The position numbers and the translations under genes are program-made. A stretch of DNA of 64,000 nucleotides from the human T2T-CHM13v2.0 reference genome, Homo sapiens, in the NCBI RefSeq assembly GCF_009914755.1, contig NC_060925.1. One strand, 5' to 3'. Of this stretch, positions 57,052-64,000 are shown in pieces (position 1 is the first letter of the stretch; each line of letters starts with the position of its first letter). The notes below the pieces were generated by a model that was not told the origin of the DNA, searched no databases, and was given only the letters and a program-made list of their open reading frames with translations.

Positions 57052-58091
57052 GTTAGTAAAATAATCTCTAATGTTTATTCTTTAACTCCATTTCATTTGT
57101 GAAAGTTTTTCATGTTTATTTCATTTTGCACTTGCCTTTCTTTTTATGTACATTCATTAGTCAAAGTATTTTCTGTATGTTTCTACTTCTGAATAAAATC
57201 TACATATTGTTTAGGTAATACTTTATTTCCTTAAACAGTCATGTCTCTTTATATCTATATCTATATATGTATATTTTTTAACCTAACCTATTTTTCCTAA
57301 GAAAAATATGGTGAAGTACTGTAGTTTGGCTTATCTTTTTGTTGTTCTCAAAGGCAAATGTGATCTAATTTGCAAATTTAACTGTAAAACAATTTTGCTC
57401 TTTGCCTTTTCTAATTATTTGCTTGTTCATTTCATGCTTATATGTCATTGCATTTTTTTTAAATCTTATTTTATGTGAACTACTCTAATACATTTTTCTT
57501 TGAAGGTTCTTCCAAAGATCTTGACGAGGCACTCTTCCCGTCTTTCTTAGTAATTTTTTCTTTGCAGTTATTAGTCATTGTCTTCTAAAAATATTTTTTA
57601 ACTTTATTCCCCCACCCCTTCCTTCCTTACCACCCCCTCCACCCAGTTAAATAAAATTTATTGCTAAGTTATTTTCTTTAGTTGTACATTTTATGTCTGG
57701 TATATTTTATTTTGAATGCTATGAAAGCTGGTATGAAATGTGGGAAGCTCAGTGTATCAGTTTATGATGTCTAATTTGAATATTTGTTTCATTTTTAATT
57801 GGCCTCTGTTAATATGAACATTAGCTTATTTTATCCATTTAATACTATTATCATTCACAGTTCTGCATGCTAAAATGTTTGAATCAGAGTGCCTTTGTTT
57901 TTATTTTAAGACTTTTGCCTGCATTTCATAACCAGCCATGCTTATGCAGTTAAAGTTCAAAGTTTAAAATTCCTATGCATGCTTTCCTTCCCTATGTTGA
58001 GATGAAATGCTGTAATTTACTCTTTGATATAGATGTACTTTACCCATATTTGTCTTGGATGACTACATTTTACTCAGTTTTTCTTGTACAG

Positions 58092-58528
58092 TACATAAAC
58101 CAACCATTTTCTGACCAAATTCCTGCATTTCCTATGTACTGACCTATATTTTATTTTGTTTTTGTTCCCCAATTCCTTATTTTTTTCTTCTGCATTGCTG
58201 TTTCCCTTCCCCATTTCATCCTTTTCCCTGTGTGTTCACCTTCCCTTTCCTTGTCTTTTCCCAAATGCCCATTCCCTTCCCTGTCTTATCCTTTATTTTC
58301 CTTGTCCTTGTCTTCATTCCCTGTCTCCATTCCCTATGTTCATGCTTCTGTGCTTGAACAAATGTTCCTCGGACCAACTTGCCCCAATTAACCGCCTTGA
58401 ACCATGATCCATGACCACCTCACCATTCTGCGGGAACCACCCTTCGTTATGGATGATCTGTTCATCTCCGCTCTTCCTCGACTCTTCTCTCTTCTTGTCT
58501 TACGCTGCTTGCTCTTCTCTCCTTCTAA
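58092..58528 (+). promoter_or_regulatory. AG exclusion zone with distant branch point (TACTGAC 58137-58143) and long CU-rich tract for exon 10
   Basis: No AG dinucleotide between 58091 and the acceptor at 58529-58530. The predicted branch A at 58142 (-389) is followed by about 200 nt of pyrimidines. Confidence 0.9.
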
Positions 58529-58530
58529 AG

Positions 58531-58564
58531 ATGGTTACGCCCCAAAGTCTGTTTACCCTCTTCG
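58531..58564 (+). CDS. PTBP2: PTBP2 exon 10 (34-nt neural cassette exon): MVTPQSLFTLF(G); skipping causes frameshift and NMD
   Basis: ctccttctaaag|ATGGTTACG ... TTCG|gtatgt. Needed to keep exon 9 and exon 11 in frame. Confidence 0.98.
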
Positions 58565-58977
58565 GTATGTTATTGTTAGCACTATACTTTTATTATTGAT
58601 TTGATTTTTGTTTCACCTTAATTCTTATTTGTAGCTAGCACTTTGGCTTAAAGTTGAATAGTAAATCTTTTGCTATTTTTCTTTGCTATTTAAAACTCTC
58701 CATAGACACAAAATTTGTTTTAATGCATGCTAATTTATTTTGCATGGTCTTTAATTTAATATCATTCACATAGCTTTGAGGGTTTATCAAAAATTATTCT
58801 TTTCAAAATTCACTGTTCAAAATCTTGATCTTCTTTATTCATTTGTGAGAATGATGAGATTGAGTGATCATGTTGATGTCTGAATGTTTCATTGATATGT
58901 CAGAAAGATAATCTTTAGGTGACTTCCACATAAAATTAATTCCATTTTTGGATTACCTCTCTGTGGCTCCAAAAAAG

Positions 58978-59070
58978 GTGTTTATGGAGATGTGCAGCGT
59001 GTGAAGATTTTGTACAATAAGAAAGACAGCGCTCTAATACAGATGGCTGATGGAAACCAATCACAACTTG
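58978..59070 (+). CDS. PTBP2: PTBP2 exon 11 (93 nt): (G)[30 protein letters not shown]; RRM3
   Basis: ctccaaaaaag|GTGTTTATGG ... CAACTTG|gtaaga. Confidence 0.97.
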
Positions 59071-60321
59071 GTAAGATTAAACTATGTTTTATCTATACAT
59101 CTTCACTTCTGCTTTCAAATGCATAATGTGAATGTGCGAATAAAAATAAACTCCTTTACATCAGTAAGAAATTATTTTAATGGCCAGGGCTCAAAATGTC
59201 ATTTTAATGTGAATAGTTGTATGTGACGAACATATTTGTATTTTTCTGCTATCCTCCTACTGTTTTTCAAATGCACTCATAATAGGAAGAGATTTTAGCT
59301 TCAAAATTGTAATAATAGTTTCACATGAGAATTATATCATTTATATTGAAGATTCATAGTGATTTTTATTCTAGGTACTCCTTGTTAATAGAGGCTAACT
59401 GTTCATACAGTCCATAGAATCCTTCTTAATGCCATGTTATTTTAATTCTTCTAAAGTCTTGCGATACCAGGTTCTTAGAAAATGAAAAGCTTGTGCTAAA
59501 AACACTGTTGTTAATCCCTTTGGGAATCTTAAAAGGCACTTTAGTCAGGTTACACTTTATATCATTACTTAAATAAGTAATTGATTATTTTAATTAAACT
59601 TATGTCGTTTGACTTCATACATCCTCGAATACATAAATCTAGAACACACCTGCACATTCACACCAGTGATTGACTGTAAATGCCAGGATGTTCTTACATT
59701 TCTGTTCATTGAGATTCAGGGATAATGGTGCCTCAGACTGATTGTATTCACATTGTTAATTTGTAAATTTGCCATTTTTGATGTAAGGACGAGTGTATTT
59801 TTGCTCAGAGATGAACAACTTGCTATATTAGACCAATTTTGGCCTTTGACATCACATAGAAAATTTTGAATTTCAAACACATAATAGGTTTGAATTTTAG
59901 TGTTTCTTGGCAATAGTCTTAGCAACTCAGATGAGGTATAAAACTATCCATCTGGCTGTCCATTTTTAAAATGGTGGTATGTGTTTTAAAGAGATACGAA
60001 AGTGCTGATTATGTCAAGATACTTAGTACATATTTTCCTCTTTCTCTGTGTGCACTTCTGTACTCTGGTTGGAATAGTCATTGCTGTTGTTTTCATATAT
60101 GTTGTAAGTAGCACTTAACAGTACTTCATAATAGGAGTATTCTCAAATATGTCATTTTTTTCCCTAATTGTTTGAGGTATGGGTGGCATTGTGTCATTTA
60201 AATAAGGGATGCATAGTCTTTATGGTTGGTAATTACCTGTGGTAGAATTACCTCAGATCTTCCAGATAGTTTTTGTTTTATGTAAAGACTGTTTTATGTA
60301 ATATTTTAATTTTTTGCCATG

Positions 60322-60711
60322 CTCGTAGTCTGCTTGGGCTGCTGTAACCAAAATACCATAGACTGAGTAGATGAAACAACAAAAATGTATTTCTTCAAAG
60401 TTTTGAGAAATAAAACTTTGGGGTCTAGAAGTCCCAGATGAAACTGCTAGCAGATTGTTTCTGGTGAGGTCTCTCTTGGCTTGCAGCCAACCATCTTCCC
60501 CCTGTGTCCTCATGTGGCCTTTCCACTGTGCAAGCACGTTAAGAGTCTCTTCCCCTTGTAAGGATCCTAGTCCTGTTGAATCAGGGCTTTACCCTTAATG
60601 ACCACATTTAACCTTAATTACCTCCTTAAAGGTCCTGTTTTTAAGTACAGTTACATTGGGGGTTAGGACTTCAACATATAAATTTGGGGAGGACACAATT
60701 CAGTTAATAGT
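60322..60711 (-). mobile_element. MLT1 (MLT1B-like) MaLR solo LTR
   Basis: gggctgctgtaaccaaaataccatagactg...ttaaccttaattacctccttaaagg...ttcaacatataaatttggggaggacacaattcag. Confidence 0.85.
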
Positions 60712-60908
60712 ACTTAAATTTGTAAATCATTTATCCCAAATTTTATAAGATATTGTCACTAAAGTTTTGACTTGCTAGTAGGGCTTATAATTTTTGGACT
60801 ATCTGTAGTGGTAAATAATTCATCATTTCTCATTGCTGCTAGGTAGATTTTGCTTTCTTGAACTGTGTGACCATAAAAGTATGTACTGACACCATCATTT
60901 CCTTTAAA

Positions 60909-60955
60909 ACACACACACACAAACACACACACACACACGCATACACTCCCACACA
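60909..60955 (+). repeat. Imperfect (CA)n
   Basis: Direct read. Confidence 0.85.
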
Positions 60956-60999
60956 AAACTCTATGGTGTACTATTTAGTATGGTGTACTAAAAAGATTA

Positions 61000-62160
61000 T
61001 CAAACTTGGTATTTAAAAAGTTAGCTATATACTTTTTACAAGAGACATGTAAAGCAGAAGAATATGAAAGATTGAAAGGAAAAGGATGTAAAGAGATACT
61101 AATATACTGGACAGATAGTAAGCAAGACAAAACTTAAATACCTTTATTAACTTAAGACAGAATTGATAAAGGATTTAGTTCACTAGAAAGATATAACAGT
61201 TTATGTATATGTGTGCCTAGTGAAATAGCCTCAAAATATATAAATAATAAGTAGATAGAACTACAGGTAGACTTGAGCAAATCTATTATAGTGGTGGATT
61301 TCAATTCACTTTTCTGAATTACATGTCAAACTGACCAAAAAAAGACAAAATCAACAAAGATACAAATGATACAATACAATTACCTTAACAGAATTATGTG
61401 TCTAAGTTATGCATCCAACACAGTTTTTAAACGCATATGGAACATTTTTGAAAAATCAGTCACATACTAAACCATAAAGCAAGCTTCAGCTAATTTCAAA
61501 GAGTATCATACAGACCTCATTCTCTATTGCACAAGTAAGTTAGAATTAATAACAAAAAGATGCATATAAAATCTGTATCCTGAGATTTAAAAATAAGTCT
61601 CAGTATTGCATGAGTCAGAAGTTTGTTTGTTTGTTTGTTTTTGAGCCAGTGTCTTGCTCTGTCCCCCAGGGTGGAGTGCAGTGGTGCTATTGTGGCTCAC
61701 TGCAGCCTCGACCTCCCAGGCTTAAGCAGTCCTTGCACTTAAGCCTCCAAAGTAGCTAGGACTAAAAGCATGCACCACCTGCCCGGCTAATTTATTATTA
61801 TTATTATTTTTTGTAGAGATGAGTTCTCACTGTGTTGCCCAGACAGAAGTTATTTTAATGGGAATATAAAATACTTAAAATTAAGCGATAAAGTACTATA
61901 TACAAATTAGATATATGTGGTACAGTGAAAGAGAAGTCTTGACGGGAAGTTTTAACTTTAAGAATAACAGTGTTACCCCCAGGGAAGGAGATATTAAAGA
62001 CAAGACTGGAAATCAATGGTATAAAAGACAGTTGAGAGAAAAAAACATGCCACAAGTTGGATTCTTTGAAAAGACTAAAAAAATAGACAAACATCTAAAG
62101 ATTGATTAAAAAATGAGAGTGGTAACACAAAAAAATTTTTTTGAATTATAAAGGGGAGAA
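61000..62160 (+). mobile_element. Old L1M ORF2 fragments interrupted by an AluJ
   Basis: tatgtgtgcctagtgaaatagcctcaaaatatata, ttggattctttgaaaagactaaaaaaatagacaaac. Confidence 0.65.
61622..61843 (-). mobile_element. 5'-truncated AluJ with (GTTT)n tail
   Basis: ggctcactgcagcctcgacctcccaggcttaagcagtcc. TSD cagaagtt. Confidence 0.9.
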
Positions 62161-63519
62161 GCATTGATAAAGCTCCAGTTTCCACATCATATAAACACCA
62201 TGTCTGTAAATTTCTTGAGGTCTTTTAAAATTTTTATTATTCGTTAATAATCTCTTTCATAGATGGATTAAGGGAAATGTAAAAAATTACATTAAATCAA
62301 AAATGTCATTTCAATTGTGAAACATTGACTTTTTCCTTTATTATTGCCTTGTCCATTTATGCCATATTTCTTGGAATAGGAGAGTTCAAGTGTAAGATTC
62401 ACATTGTTTAAAATTTTATTCATTTAAAATTAGTAATTCAGGTAATTTCCTTCTGCTCTGTTTACTCCTTGTGTACTTTCAGTTTTTGACAAAGCTTTTG
62501 TTTTCTTTTTTACTTAAAAATTTTGGTATTCTAATTATCATCCCCCTTCCCCTTTAGATCACTTCAGATCCTATTGTCAGCAATCAGCTGGCTAGAACTC
62601 TCTTGTTACCTGGCTACTTCCTGAGGTAGCTGTTTGGTTATTTAGCTTTATTTTAATCCCATTCCTCTATCACTCATCTGTTCTGTATGCAGTTACTATG
62701 CCTGGGACTTATTTTCTTATTCTTTCCCTCCATTATCTCAAAGCTCTGCTGTTTGTGCTGTCTTTTTATTTAGACAGCTTTTTTTCTGACAACGTTAAGT
62801 CTACTTATTTATATCACTTTATTTCTCAAACTCACACTTAATAACACATTTTGTCTGAGGTAGTTTATCTAAACAAAAGTTTGTTCACTTAAAATAGTTA
62901 TAGAACTTTAAAATTTTATAATTCAGTGGGTTTTATTGTAAAAGGATTTTATGTACTGTCACTGTAGATAATTGGTTTTACAGGTGTAAGCGTAAATTTG
63001 CAAGTATATGAAATTAAGTATGTGAAATGCAGTGTGAGAAACAAATGAGAAAATTCAGACTTGTGAGAAGATTGTTTTGTTTTTTTTCTGTGCTTAGCCT
63101 TGGCGAAAAATCTGAGAAAACTTAAAATATATAACACTGGAGTGACAATCAGGAAGAGTGGACTCTTTTTTTTTTTAATTTTTTTAAACAAATTAGGGAA
63201 GTAAGTTCAATGGCTAGTGGTTATCATAATAAGAAAAATTTAAGGAAGTTATAGGTAAAATAAGAATTTTACTTTTGTTTCTTTTCTGAATGGTACCTCA
63301 TATTTTGACAGCATTATCCTTTTCAGATCTGTTTTATATTTAATTGGTTTATTATACATGTAAGTATGATTAGATTCATGGATTTAACCAGTTCTTTGTA
63401 TCTTCTGTGTCAAAATGTATACTGTAGTATACTGTTTATATTAGAAACTCTTTAAAAGTGGATGTTCTATTCTTAATTTCCTGATCTTCCACATTGTCTT
63501 TATCTGTAACTCTACTGTT

Positions 63520-63823
63520 TTTTGTTGGTTTTTGTTTTTGTTTTGAGACAGAGTCTCGCTCTGTCACCCAGGCTGGAGTGCACTGTGGCACCATCTCAGC
63601 TCACTGTAACCTCCGCCTCCTGGGTACAAGCAATTCTGCCTCAGCCTCCTGAGTAACTGGGACCACAGGCACGAGCCACCACGCCCAGCTAATTTTTGTA
63701 TTTTTAGTAGAGATGGGGTGTTACCATATTGGCCAGGCTGGTCTCGAACTCCTAGACCTTGTGATCCGCCCACCTCAGCCTCCCAAAGTGTTGGGATTAC
63801 AGGCGTGAGCCAACGCGCCCGGC
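63520..63823 (-). mobile_element. AluS (Sg/Sc-like)
   Basis: gagacagagtctcgctctgtcacccaggc...gagccaacgcgcccggc. TSD tctactgtt. Confidence 0.95.
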
Positions 63824-64000
63824 ATCTACTGTTAATACTTTATTATCTAGTTGATTATAGTCATTTAGACCTTCAGTTTAGCCAAAGTGCATGACATATT
63901 AGAAATGGTCTTTTTTAGTTATTTTGACTGGTGAATAAAACATATAACTTTCTAGCATCAGACCAGTTCATTTAGTTTAAAAATGATCCAGCAGCTATGT

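Larger units (their letters stand above)
57864..58746 (+). promoter_or_regulatory. Four RBFOX TGCATG elements flanking exon 10 (57864, 57976, 58724, 58741)
   Basis: Exact TGCATG hexamers read in the sequence, two upstream and two downstream of the cassette exon. Confidence 0.75.

Noticed and set aside
59071-64000. Search for PTBP2 exon 12 (AMNHLNGQKMYGK...)
   Set aside because: Not found. It must lie beyond the window end.

Overview
AT-rich primate genomic DNA (AluY and SVA elements point to human or another hominid). It holds the central part of PTBP2 (nPTB/brPTB) on the + strand. Nine coding exons splice into one continuous frame: 76, 173, 144, 165, 111, 196, 140/155, 34 and 93 nt, conventionally exons 3-11, covering roughly residues 14-391 (NLS region, RRM1, RRM2, poly-Ala linker and most of RRM3). 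Exons 1-2 and 12 onward lie outside the window. The introns carry a full-length antisense SVA with a 15-bp TSD, about 17 Alus or Alu monomers, nested old L1s, solo LTRs (THE1, MER21, MLT1), DNA-transposon relics, MIR/L2 and several small tandem duplications. The richest region is 56.7-59.1 kb. It contains tandem in-frame acceptors for exon 9, the NMD-switch exon 10 with a 437-nt AG-free zone and a branch point at -389, RBFOX/NOVA/PTB motifs, a stem-loop, and candidate unannotated poison, terminal and micro exons. Other leads: inverted Alu pairs bracketing two exon blocks (4-8 and 9-11) that would give stop-free circular ORFs, a cryptic donor next to a (UG)17 tract (TDP-43-type), a near-perfect recursive splice motif, and two cases of retrotransposon target-site reuse. 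Repeat subfamily names come from recalled consensus sequences, not from a search. There is no sign of a prokaryotic-type system.
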